From Mycobacterium sp. (GTDB lineage: Bacteria > Actinomycetota > Actinomycetes > Mycobacteriales > Mycobacteriaceae), in the NCBI GenBank assembly GCA_965229105.1, contig OZ245858.1: a stretch of 64,000 bases of DNA; one strand, written 5' to 3'. A model generated the notes under the pieces. That model ran no database searches and had not been told where the DNA came from. It saw nothing but the letters and a program-made list of their open reading frames with translations. Positions 32,910 to 41,189 of this stretch are shown here, piece after piece (the first letter of the stretch is position 1; each line of letters begins with the position of its first letter). The position numbers were made by a program, and so were the translations under genes.

Positions 32910-34463
32910 ATGGTCGTCACACCGGCCCTCCCCCGTGTCGAAACCCTGCGCAGGCCTCACGGGTGGCACCAAGGCCCGTTGGACCCGGCCGTTATCGCGG
33001 TGCTGGCGATGGCGATATCTGCCATCGGCGCCGACCGCCCATCACTGTGGTACGACGAAGCCGCGACACTGTCAGCGGCCTCGCGATCGATACCCGAGTT
33101 ATGGGCGATGGTGCACAACATCGACGCCGTGCACGGCCTCTACTACCTGCTGATGCACTGCTGGCTTGGGGTGTTCCCTCCGACGGAATTGTTCCTCCGC
33201 TTGCCGAGCGCCGTGGCGGTGGGCCTTGCCGCAGCCGGTGTTGTCGTTCTCGCCAAACAGCTTTCGACACGGGCGGTGGGTCTGACCGCTGGGGTGATCT
33301 TCGCCTTACTCCCCCGGGTGACGTGGGCGGGCATCGAAGCCCGTTCGTACGCGGTGACGATGGCGGTCGCGGTCTGGTTGACCGTGTTGTGCGTGACCGC
33401 GCTGCGGCGCCGGATCGCGGTGCTATGGCTGCTCTACTCGCTGGGCATCGTGGTGGCCACCGTGGCCAATGTGTATGTGCTCCTGATCATCGCGGCGCAC
33501 GCCGTCTTGGTCGTCGTGGTGGCCCAACGCAGGCCCGCGGTGACCGTCCCGTGGGTCCTGGCCGTGAGCGCCGCAGTCATCACGGTCACGCCGTTTCTGG
33601 CCTTCAGCAGAACCCAGATCGGCCAGGTCCGATGGATATCGCCGCCCGGCTGGCACAACGTCGCCGACGTGCTGCGCGAGCAGTATTTCGACGACAGCAT
33701 CCCGTTCGCGGCGATGGCGGGCACCATCGTGTTGGCGGCCGCGCTGCTCCGCAGGCCGAGTCGACTGCTACCCGAGAACGCGGGCTGGCGTCTGGTGCTT
33801 GTCGCCATCGTGTGGATGGTCGTTCCGACCGCGGTGATGCTGGGCTATTCGGTTCTGGGCACACCGGTCTACTACCCGCGCTATCTGAGTTTCACCGCAC
33901 CCGCGGCGGCCCTGTTACTCGGGGTCAGTGTTGTCGCGGTCGCGCGCTCCACGGTGCCGGTGGCCGCCGTGCTCGCTCTGCTCGGAGCCGCCGCCCTGCC
34001 CAACTATTTTGTCGTACAACGTGGTCCGTACGCCAAGGAAGGGATGGACTTCAGCGAAGTGGCCGATACCATCGGCGCAAGGGCCGCAGCCGGTGACTGC
34101 CTGGCTTTGGATAACACCGCGACGTGGAAGCCAGGCCCGATCCGTGCGCTGACCGCCGCCAGGCCACAGGTGTACGACAAGCTGGTGGATCCCGGCAGAG
34201 GGATGCGTGCAGTCGAACGAAATATGTTGTGGGACAGACATCTTTCCATTTGGAGCTGGACCGATCGGCTGCGCAGGTGCACCGTGGTCTGGATCGTGTC
34301 GGATCGGGATAAGGCCCAACCCGACCATCACACCGGCGATGCGCTGGCACCGGGGTTGCGACTGTCCTCCGCACCTGCCTACCAAGCGGTCGCCGGCGCC
34401 GGGTTCCGCATCGTCGAGCGTTGGCAGTTCAATTTCGCGCAGGTGGTGAAGGCAATACGCTAG
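32910..34463 (+). CDS. GT39/PMT_2-type membrane mannosyltransferase
   Basis: Multi-TM protein with RPSLWYDEAATLSAASRSIPELWAMVHNIDAVHGLYYLLMH. ATG 32910 preceded by GGAG. Matches the position of Rv1635c. Confidence 0.75.
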   Translation: MVVTPALPRVETLRRPHGWHQGPLDPAVIAVLAMAISAIGADRPSLWYDEAATLSAASRSIPELWAMVHNIDAVHGLYYLLMHCWLGVFPPTELFLRLPSAVAVGLAAAGVVVLAKQLSTRAVGLTAGVIFALLPRVTWAGIEARSYAVTMAVAVWLTVLCVTALRRRIAVLWLLYSLGIVVATVANVYVLLIIAAHAVLVVVVAQRRPAVTVPWVLAVSAAVITVTPFLAFSRTQIGQVRWISPPGWHNVADVLREQYFDDSIPFAAMAGTIVLAAALLRRPSRLLPENAGWRLVLVAIVWMVVPTAVMLGYSVLGTPVYYPRYLSFTAPAAALLLGVSVVAVARSTVPVAAVLALLGAAALPNYFVVQRGPYAKEGMDFSEVADTIGARAAAGDCLALDNTATWKPGPIRALTAARPQVYDKLVDPGRGMRAVERNMLWDRHLSIWSWTDRLRRCTVVWIVSDRDKAQPDHHTGDALAPGLRLSSAPAYQAVAGAGFRIVERWQFNFAQVVKAIR

Positions 34464-34493
34464 GTGGCCCCACCCCGTGACAAGATCATCACC

Positions 34494-34898
34494 ATGGGGC
34501 CGTTTCTCATCCGTACCGCGCTGACCGGATTCGCACTCTGGGTCGTGACTCTGATCGTTCCCGGGATCGATTTCGTCGGTGGCGAGACCACGCTGCAACG
34601 AGTTGGCATCATCTTCGTCGTCGCCGTGCTCTTCGGTCTGGTCAACGCGATCATCAAACCCGTCGTGCAGGTGTTGTCGATCCCGCTCTACATCCTCACC
34701 CTCGGGCTGTTCCACATCGTGATCAACGCGTTCATGCTGTGGATCACGTCGTGGATCACCGATGAAACCACCCACTGGGGTCTGCATATCGACGAATTCT
34801 GGTGGACAGCGATCTGGGGTGCGATCGTGTTGTCGATCGTCAGCTGGGGACTGTCGATCATCGTTCCGGATGCCAGGACATCGGCCCGCTCGACCTGA
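34494..34898 (+). CDS. Phage-holin-4_2 family small membrane protein
   Basis: MGPFLIRTALTGFALWVVTLIVPGI..LFGLVNAIIKPVVQVLSIPLYILTLGLFHIVINAFMLWITSWI with four TM segments. Confidence 0.65.
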   Translation: MGPFLIRTALTGFALWVVTLIVPGIDFVGGETTLQRVGIIFVVAVLFGLVNAIIKPVVQVLSIPLYILTLGLFHIVINAFMLWITSWITDETTHWGLHIDEFWWTAIWGAIVLSIVSWGLSIIVPDARTSARST

Positions 34899-34958
34899 TC
34901 GATCGGCCACATCAGCAGATCTGAGCCGGGTCGCCGCCGGCTGGGCGATCATGATCTG

Positions 34959-35828
34959 GTGCACTCGCCAGCTGGTCGGACGCTAGAGCTCGGTGACGGG
35001 CGTGCTCTTGGTTGGGCTGAATACGGCGACCCCCTCGGTTTCCCGGTGGTCAATGCGCACGGCGGGCTGGCGTGTCGACTCGATGTGGCCGCGGCCGCAC
35101 AAGCCGCGACCCAGACCCGCATCCGGCTGATCTCCCCCGATCGACCCGGCATCGGACTGTCCGACGCTCTGCCGAATCGCACCATTCTCGACTGGGCCGG
35201 CGATATCTCCGAACTCGCCGATCACCTTGAGATCGACCGATTTGCGGTCATGGGATGGTCGATGGGCGGTCAATATGCGGCGGCGGTCGGCTATCTGCTG
35301 CCACCTCGGGTGACCCGCGTGGCGATCATCGCCGGCGCGCTACCGCTCACCGAACACGGTGTCTTCGAACAGCTTCCACTGATGGACCGGGTATACACCC
35401 GGTTGTCGCAGCGGGCTCCGTCGCTCGCGCTCGGTTGCTTCAGGGCGATGAGCGGGGTGGCCAGGTATGCGCCGCAACGATACGGACGGTTGGCCGCCAA
35501 GGAGCTGGGACCCGCCGATGCGGCGGTGCTGCGCCGAGAAGGCTATGGGGCCTTCGCGCAGATGTCGGCCGAAGCGTTACGGCGCCCCGACGGCGTCGTA
35601 GAGGATTACCGGGCGTGGATGCGGCCGTGGGGTTTTGCTCCTGAAGACCTGACAGTTCCCGTCCACGTCTGGACCGGTACCGAGGACGCATTGGTGAATC
35701 GGGAATGGCCGCATGCGTTGGCGCGGCGGATACCCGGGGCCAAGCTGACGATGCGCAGCGGAGGACATTTCGTGGCGCACCTGCACTACCCGGAACTGTT
35801 CGAAACGTTGCGCGCCGACCCGCAGTGA
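34959..35828 (+). CDS. Alpha/beta hydrolase
   Basis: 289 aa; nucleophile elbow MGWSMGG; C-terminal GGHF. GTG start. Confidence 0.7.
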   Translation: MHSPAGRTLELGDGRALGWAEYGDPLGFPVVNAHGGLACRLDVAAAAQAATQTRIRLISPDRPGIGLSDALPNRTILDWAGDISELADHLEIDRFAVMGWSMGGQYAAAVGYLLPPRVTRVAIIAGALPLTEHGVFEQLPLMDRVYTRLSQRAPSLALGCFRAMSGVARYAPQRYGRLAAKELGPADAAVLRREGYGAFAQMSAEALRRPDGVVEDYRAWMRPWGFAPEDLTVPVHVWTGTEDALVNREWPHALARRIPGAKLTMRSGGHFVAHLHYPELFETLRADPQ

Positions 35829-35837
35829 GCAGTGAGA

Positions 35838-37469
35838 TCAATCCCGATGCCGCGGGTCGAAGTTCGACGGTCTAGCTTCCTCGACATTCACCGCAAAGTC
35901 GCTGTCGGAGAACGTATAGCGATACCACGGCTCGTCATCACACCGCCCGAGTTGGTGCCGCAGATTACTGAATGCGCCGTAGACAGTGCGATACGGCTGT
36001 CCGATGAAGTGTTGCAGAATTTCCTTCCAGGTTCGCGGCGCGTCGCGGACAAACGCGGCCATCTCCGTCGTCAACTCCTGCTCCGTCAAGATGACGACAT
36101 CGGCTGGCGGATCGCCGAGTTCGAACACGGTGCTGCGGTCGAAGTGCGACGGCGTGAACTTCGGGCTGATCGGGATGGTGCAGTCCAGACCGATCTTGGA
36201 CGCGGTCCCCGGCGGGGCGTCCTCGGCGATCATCGGGTCCACGGTCATGGTGTTACCGCTCGGCAGGGTCACGGTGTCCAGGTGTGGCATGTACCGGAAC
36301 GCCATCGCGAATTGCACCGCGTTGTCATCCCAGATGTCGACGTCTTCGTCGAACACCATGGCGATCTTCGGCAGTCCCTGCTTCGAACAAGTCAGCATCA
36401 CCCCGAGCGCCTGTTTCGAGTCGCCCGCTCCCCTGGTCTTGATCTTGGCGTAGGCGATATTCGACAACCCGCCCAGCGGGGCCCGGACCTCTTTGACGTC
36501 GATCCCGGCCATCGCGAGCCCGCCGTAGAGATCGGACTCGATCATGGGCAGTTGCAGCATGTTGTCGGTGTACCAGGGGTGTAGGCCGCCGATCGTCGCG
36601 TGCTGGAAGATGCCGCCCTTGCGGAACGTCATCGCCTTCACGACTGCCCGGAAGTTGTGTTTGATGCCGCCGCCGTACATCCCGGTGAACTCACCGTACG
36701 GGCCCTCGTCGTGGGTCAGTCCCTCGGTCGCCATCAGTTCGCATTCGATGACGATCTCGGCATTGGCCGGCACCAACAGGTCGATGGTCTCGCACTTCAC
36801 CAGCTTCGCGGGGTGCCCGTAAAAGTTGCCGAGCACCTCGAAATCGTCAGTGCCCGGCGGCACGCCCGTCAGGGCAGCCACCTTGTCCACCAGCGGACCA
36901 CCGATCACGATGGCCAGCTCAAGGTTGTGCCCCTTGGCTTGCGCCGCTTGGGCATTCAACCGGGCACGGTGCGACGTGCACGTCATATCGAACATTTTCT
37001 CGGTCTTCGACCGGAACATGCTTCGGTAGATGCCCCAGTCGTAGACACCGGTGTCCGGGTGTTTGGTCACCACCAGGTTGTCGTTGGTGTAGGCATGCCC
37101 GTCCCGGTCGTGGTGCAGGAACAGTGGCAGCCGGGTCAGGTCGACCTCGTCGCCAGTAAGGATGACTTCTTTACACGGCGCGGTCTCGACGATCTCCGGT
37201 TTGATCCGGCCCTTGCCGAGTTCCACCATCCGGCGGCCGGTTTCGCTCTTCTCGCAGCCGAGCGCCCAGGCCGTCTGGTCCTGATTCGAATAGGCGTTGG
37301 CCAGGAACTGGAACTCGCAGTCGGTGACCTTCTCCACCAGCACCGCAGTCAGCGGATGGGCCTCCATGACGGCGGGCAGCTCGTCGACCCGCTTCTCGTC
37401 GGTGATGCGAACCAGCAGGCCCGCCTTCTCCATATCGTGGACGAAGTCACTGAGGCTCTGTTGTGGCAT
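35838..37469 (-). CDS. UbiD-family (prFMN-dependent) decarboxylase, paralog A
   Basis: MPQQSLSDFVHDMEKAGLLVRITDEKRVDELPAV.. 543 aa from ATG 37469; EGPYGEFTGMYGG motif typical of UbiD. Confidence 0.85.
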   Translation of the reverse strand: MPQQSLSDFVHDMEKAGLLVRITDEKRVDELPAVMEAHPLTAVLVEKVTDCEFQFLANAYSNQDQTAWALGCEKSETGRRMVELGKGRIKPEIVETAPCKEVILTGDEVDLTRLPLFLHHDRDGHAYTNDNLVVTKHPDTGVYDWGIYRSMFRSKTEKMFDMTCTSHRARLNAQAAQAKGHNLELAIVIGGPLVDKVAALTGVPPGTDDFEVLGNFYGHPAKLVKCETIDLLVPANAEIVIECELMATEGLTHDEGPYGEFTGMYGGGIKHNFRAVVKAMTFRKGGIFQHATIGGLHPWYTDNMLQLPMIESDLYGGLAMAGIDVKEVRAPLGGLSNIAYAKIKTRGAGDSKQALGVMLTCSKQGLPKIAMVFDEDVDIWDDNAVQFAMAFRYMPHLDTVTLPSGNTMTVDPMIAEDAPPGTASKIGLDCTIPISPKFTPSHFDRSTVFELGDPPADVVILTEQELTTEMAAFVRDAPRTWKEILQHFIGQPYRTVYGAFSNLRHQLGRCDDEPWYRYTFSDSDFAVNVEEARPSNFDPRHRD

Positions 37470-37479
37470 TGTGCATCCT

Positions 37480-37902
37480 TCACTCGAACGCCGGTGCAGC
37501 GTTGCCGGTCTCGACGTAGTCACGCAGGTGATGCAGCAGCACGCCCCAGGTGGTGTTGCACTTACGGAAGTTGCCATCCGTACCGGGCCAGCCGGCGTGC
37601 ACATGTTGAACGAGTGTGCGACCGTCGGAGGTCGGCGTGAGGGTGAAGGTTGCGGTGGTGCCAGGAGAATCGCCGGGTCCGCGGGTGCAGCGCCAGCCGA
37701 CTCTCCTCGGCTGGTCCGAAGCGGTTATCTCCCAACCAAATTCGGAGTGATTCGCAAATTCGAAGCGCCACTCGGTGCCCAGCCCACCGGTGCCGCACGC
37801 TGTGGGCGTGTGCCAGCCCTTGACGCCCTCCAGCGTCGTCAGGGCAGCATAGACCTGTTCGGGGGTGGCGTTGATCTTGAGTTCGTGCTCGATCTCGGGC
37901 AT
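37480..37902 (-). CDS. SRPBCC (AHSA1/START-like) family protein
   Basis: MPEIEHELKINATPEQVYAALTTLEGVKGWHT.. 140 aa, located between the two UbiD genes. Confidence 0.7.
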   Translation of the reverse strand: MPEIEHELKINATPEQVYAALTTLEGVKGWHTPTACGTGGLGTEWRFEFANHSEFGWEITASDQPRRVGWRCTRGPGDSPGTTATFTLTPTSDGRTLVQHVHAGWPGTDGNFRKCNTTWGVLLHHLRDYVETGNAAPAFE

Positions 37903-37911
37903 GTGTGCTCC

Positions 37912-39354
37912 CTATTTCGTGTCGAGTTCGGGGAAGTCGTAGTCACGCCAGCCAGGTACGTCGGCCACTTCGACGAACTCTTTGCCGTGCTCGGCCAGCG
38001 CCGGTCCACAGACGTCGCCGACCGTCTTGATGACGGTGCCGTACGGGTAGGTGGCGTCAATGCCCAGTGCCGATCCGGTCCGTCGATCCGGCGGTAGGGA
38101 CTCGTCGGCAGTCGGGTCCAGAGCTCCCCCGGGAAGGTCGTCGACGATGATCACATCGCGGGCCGGTTGGGTGCGGAACGCCAACGCCCACTCCACTTCC
38201 TCGGAGTCGTGGACGTCGATATCGGGATCGACGACGATCACCGTCTTCGGTCGCATGTTGCTGCCCATCGCGGCCAGGATGGCGCTCCGAGCCTCGCCCG
38301 CGTAACGCGGCCGCATGGCGATGACGACACGGAAGAACACCCCGCCCGACGGTGGAATCGACACCCGCTCGATCGACGGGAACTGTTGGCGCATCATCTG
38401 GGTGAACGATGCCTCGAACGGCAGCAGCTTGAGGATGTGGTTTTCGGTGGTCGGGCGCCCGGTCAGGAGCGCCTGGAAGTAGGCGCCGTCGCGGTAGGTG
38501 ATAGCGGTGGGGCGCACGACCGGCTTGGCAGACGCCGGGGTGTAGTAGCCGGTGTATTCACCAAGGGGTCCCTCGGAGACGGTCTGGGTGAAGTCGACTT
38601 CGAATTCGATGACCACCTCGGCATGGGCGGGTACAGCGACGTCGTTGGTCAGGCACTTGACCAATTCCACCGGGGCACCGCGCATGCCACCGACGACCTC
38701 CCAATCGTTGGTATCGTCGGTGGTCTGGATGGGGCAGGAGTATGCGATCATCGGATCGACACCGACCACCAGTGCGCCCCGAAACATCTTGTGTCCCAGA
38801 CGTTGTGCCTTGGCCATATTCTTCGCGAACCGATGACCTGGAGCGGCCATCATCGACATCGTCTTGTTGTCGATGATCTCGCACCGGTAGTGGCCAATGT
38901 CGGGAACCCCGCTTTCGGGGTCGTGGCTCACGACGAATCCCGAGGTGATGTACGGGCCGCCGTCATCGGGGCTGTACCTGGGGACGGGCAAGATGGAGAG
39001 GTCGATATCGTCGCCGATGACGACGTTCTGGTGCACCGGCCCATCCGTGACGTAGCTCGGTGGGATGCGGTTGCTCAACCCCGCGATGATCTGCTCATAC
39101 GCGCTGTCCTCGTCGCACCCGAATGCGATGAGCGCCTTGGCTCGCGAGTTGTAGACGCCGCCGACCAACGGGAAGTCGGTGCCGTTCTGCTGAAAAACGA
39201 TGGCCGGCCCAGCCAGCGAGGCACTTTTGCGCAACGCCTTGGCGACCTCGAGGTCGAGGGCTACCGGGCGGTCGACGTCGATGAGCTCGCCGCACGAACG
39301 CAACGCATCGAGGAACTCACGAAAATCCTGGAACGGCACAGTTCGATGCCCCAT
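37912..39354 (-). CDS. UbiD-family (prFMN-dependent) decarboxylase, paralog B
   Basis: MGHRTVPFQDFREFLDALRSCGELIDVDRPV..; EGPLGEYTGYY motif. ATG 39354 within listed ORF 37912..39429. Confidence 0.85.
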   Translation of the reverse strand: MGHRTVPFQDFREFLDALRSCGELIDVDRPVALDLEVAKALRKSASLAGPAIVFQQNGTDFPLVGGVYNSRAKALIAFGCDEDSAYEQIIAGLSNRIPPSYVTDGPVHQNVVIGDDIDLSILPVPRYSPDDGGPYITSGFVVSHDPESGVPDIGHYRCEIIDNKTMSMMAAPGHRFAKNMAKAQRLGHKMFRGALVVGVDPMIAYSCPIQTTDDTNDWEVVGGMRGAPVELVKCLTNDVAVPAHAEVVIEFEVDFTQTVSEGPLGEYTGYYTPASAKPVVRPTAITYRDGAYFQALLTGRPTTENHILKLLPFEASFTQMMRQQFPSIERVSIPPSGGVFFRVVIAMRPRYAGEARSAILAAMGSNMRPKTVIVVDPDIDVHDSEEVEWALAFRTQPARDVIIVDDLPGGALDPTADESLPPDRRTGSALGIDATYPYGTVIKTVGDVCGPALAEHGKEFVEVADVPGWRDYDFPELDTK

Positions 39355-39489
39355 ACTCTTCTGCGATACGCGCTCAGCGCATATCAGAACACTTCGAGCG
39401 GCGGCCCGCAGCAAAAGCGATAATGCCATGAAAGTTCTCGATGCGGTCGCCGCGACGGCGGTATCGGATTCGGAATCGGGAGGGCAGCC

Positions 39490-40026
39490 ATGAGCGTTGA
39501 AAGCCGCGACGATCTTCGACGTTTCGCGCTGGCCGTCTACGCCGCCGACGGCGTTCCCGCGGCTTGTCTGCTCCTGCAGAATCGCCTTGACCTTGACGTC
39601 AATTTAGTTTTGTTTGCCGCCTACATCGGGGCCGCGCATGACCGAAGCCTCACCGAGACCGCACTGACGATCGCACAGGAACGGGTCCGAGACTGGCATT
39701 CCGAGGTGGTGCGACCGCTGCGTGCGGTACGTCAGCGTCTCAAGAATGGGCCGTCTCCCGCCCCCACTCCAGCTACCATCGAGCTGCGCAGGAAACTGCA
39801 CGATTTGGAAATCGAATCCGAGCTGATCGAACTCGACGAGCTCGACGATGTTGCGGCCAATGTCGGCGGCCCGACAGTCACCGGTGAGCCGGCCCAGCGG
39901 GCGGCGGCAGGCATCACCGTCGTCGCTGTGGCGGCGGCAGAGCGGGACCTCGATGACACCGAGCTGGAGGCTGTGTCGGTGATCGCCGCCGCTGCCGAGC
40001 GAGTGCGACCCTTGGAGGGCAGATGA
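39490..40026 (+). CDS. TIGR02444/DUF2390-like protein
   Basis: LRRFALAVYAADGVPAACLLLQNRLDLDVNLVLFAAYIGA..VVRPLRAVRQRLK fits my recollection of the DUF2390 pattern. Stop overlaps the ubiX start (ATGA). Confidence 0.55.
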   Translation: MSVESRDDLRRFALAVYAADGVPAACLLLQNRLDLDVNLVLFAAYIGAAHDRSLTETALTIAQERVRDWHSEVVRPLRAVRQRLKNGPSPAPTPATIELRRKLHDLEIESELIELDELDDVAANVGGPTVTGEPAQRAAAGITVVAVAAAERDLDDTELEAVSVIAAAAERVRPLEGR

Positions 40027-40643
40027 AACGTCTGATCGTTGCGATCACGGGTGCATCCGGCGCGCTGTACGGAATACGGGCACTTCACATGCTTCGGGCT
40101 GTAACGGATGTCGAAAGCCATCTGATTCTGACCAGCTCCGCGAACAGGACGATCCTGCATGAGACGTCGTACAAACCGGATGAGGTTCGCGCGCTTGCCG
40201 ACCGGGTGTACAGCCCCCGCGATATCGGTGCCGCGGTCTCGTCGGGATCATTTATCACCGCCGGGATGCTGGTGGCGCCGTGTTCGGTGAAGACGATGAG
40301 CGGAATTGCACACTGCTACAACGAGAATCTGGTGGTCCGCGCAGCTGACGTCTGCCTCAAGGAGCGGCGGCGGGTGGTGCTGATGCTGCGCGAGACACCG
40401 TTACATGCCGGGCATATCGAGCTGATGGCGCAGGCCACGCGCAACGGCGCGATCATCATGCCCCCGGTGCCGGCGTTCTACGCGCTACCGACAACCATCG
40501 ACGATATCGTCGACCAGACCGTGGCACGCGCCTTGGAACTGTTCGATATCGAGGTGGCCGGCATCAAGCGCTGGGACGGCCTCGGCGCCAATCGCACTCC
40601 CCCGCCCGAGGAGCTGGAACGGGCCTATAACCCCACCGCATGA
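40023..40643 (+). CDS. ubiX: UbiX-family flavin prenyltransferase
   Basis: MKRLIVAITGASGALYGIRALHML..VAPCSVKTMSGIAHCYNENLVVRAADVCLKERRRVVLMLRETPLH. Confidence 0.92.
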   Translation: MKRLIVAITGASGALYGIRALHMLRAVTDVESHLILTSSANRTILHETSYKPDEVRALADRVYSPRDIGAAVSSGSFITAGMLVAPCSVKTMSGIAHCYNENLVVRAADVCLKERRRVVLMLRETPLHAGHIELMAQATRNGAIIMPPVPAFYALPTTIDDIVDQTVARALELFDIEVAGIKRWDGLGANRTPPPEELERAYNPTA

Positions 40644-40659
40644 ATGCGATCATCGGGCG

Positions 40660-40825
40660 ATGACGGCATGGGGTCATTTCGAACAAGCGGAGCCTGATTT
40701 CGCGCGACGGGTTCCACGCCGACATCAGCGATGTCGTCCACACCCACTTGAACGACCAGGCAACCCTGCTGGTCGTCGAATGGTGGACGCCCGCAATCGG
40801 TCCGCGGCGCGTGGAGCGTGAGTAG
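40660..40825 (+). pseudogene. Possible remnant of a pyridoxamine-5'-phosphate-oxidase-family gene (internal deletion/frameshift)
   Basis: ATG 40660 gives MTAWGHFEQAEPDFARRV, then the frame degenerates. A +1 shift reads ..FHADISDVVHTHLNDQATLLVVEWWTPAIGPRRVERE*. Both ends resemble N- and C-termini of PPOX-class proteins. Weak. Confidence 0.3.
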
Positions 40826-40827
40826 AG

Positions 40828-40974
40828 TTACCTGCCGCGGGCCTCGCAGGCCGAGCAGCATCGCGTCTCGACCTCGATCGACGGATCGCCGTTCGCGAAA
40901 TGGGTGGTCACCTCGCGCTCCTCGACTGGTTCGCCGTTCTTGCAGAGGGCCCCGGTCTTCTTCCATTCGGACAT
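40828..40974 (-). CDS. Unlisted 48-aa cysteine-containing small ORF
   Basis: MSEWKKTGALCKNGEPVEEREVTTHFANGDPSIEVETRCCSACEARGR*. Third-codon positions are almost all G/C, as in real genes here. Below the 60-aa cut-off of the ORF track. Confidence 0.4.
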   Translation of the reverse strand: MSEWKKTGALCKNGEPVEEREVTTHFANGDPSIEVETRCCSACEARGR

Positions 40975-41078
40975 CGTCGTCACACGTCGGCACGCTACGC
41001 CGAGACACGCGTCTGTTTGACCGAATTGCTACCTCAGCGGGCGCGAGGGCAGGTTAACGCGCGTCTCCGGGTGACGAA

Positions 41079-41109
41079 GCCCACCGCATTCACACTCTCA
41101 CCTAAGGTG
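41079..41109 (+). promoter_or_regulatory. MerR-type promoter with 19-bp spacer and a 9-3-9 palindromic operator
   Basis: TTCACA-ctctcacctaaggtgagag-TAGGGT. Perfect palindrome ACTCTCACC-TAA-GGTGAGAGT at 41084..41104, about 80 nt upstream of the SulP start. A MerR regulator is encoded at the 3' end of the operon. Confidence 0.6.
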
Positions 41110-41189
41110 AGAGTAGGGTTGGCCCCGGTCCGAAGGTTCGCATTGACGCGACTGCCTTATCGTCGTGCACACCTATCGAACGGAATACC

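Noticed and set aside
34494-34898. Holin-family gene as a sign of a prophage
   Set aside because: No endolysin, terminase, capsid, tail or integrase genes nearby. This family is widespread as a stand-alone chromosomal membrane protein in actinobacteria.
38167-39423. 418-aa ORF on the plus strand
   Set aside because: Antisense shadow of the UbiD paralog B gene. The same reasoning applies to 36600..37640 opposite UbiD paralog A and 12801..13829 opposite lysX.
40625-41008. Listed 127-aa minus-strand ORF
   Set aside because: Arg-rich, with no motifs. It overlaps a better-supported 48-codon ORF in another frame and the PPOX-like remnant on the plus strand.
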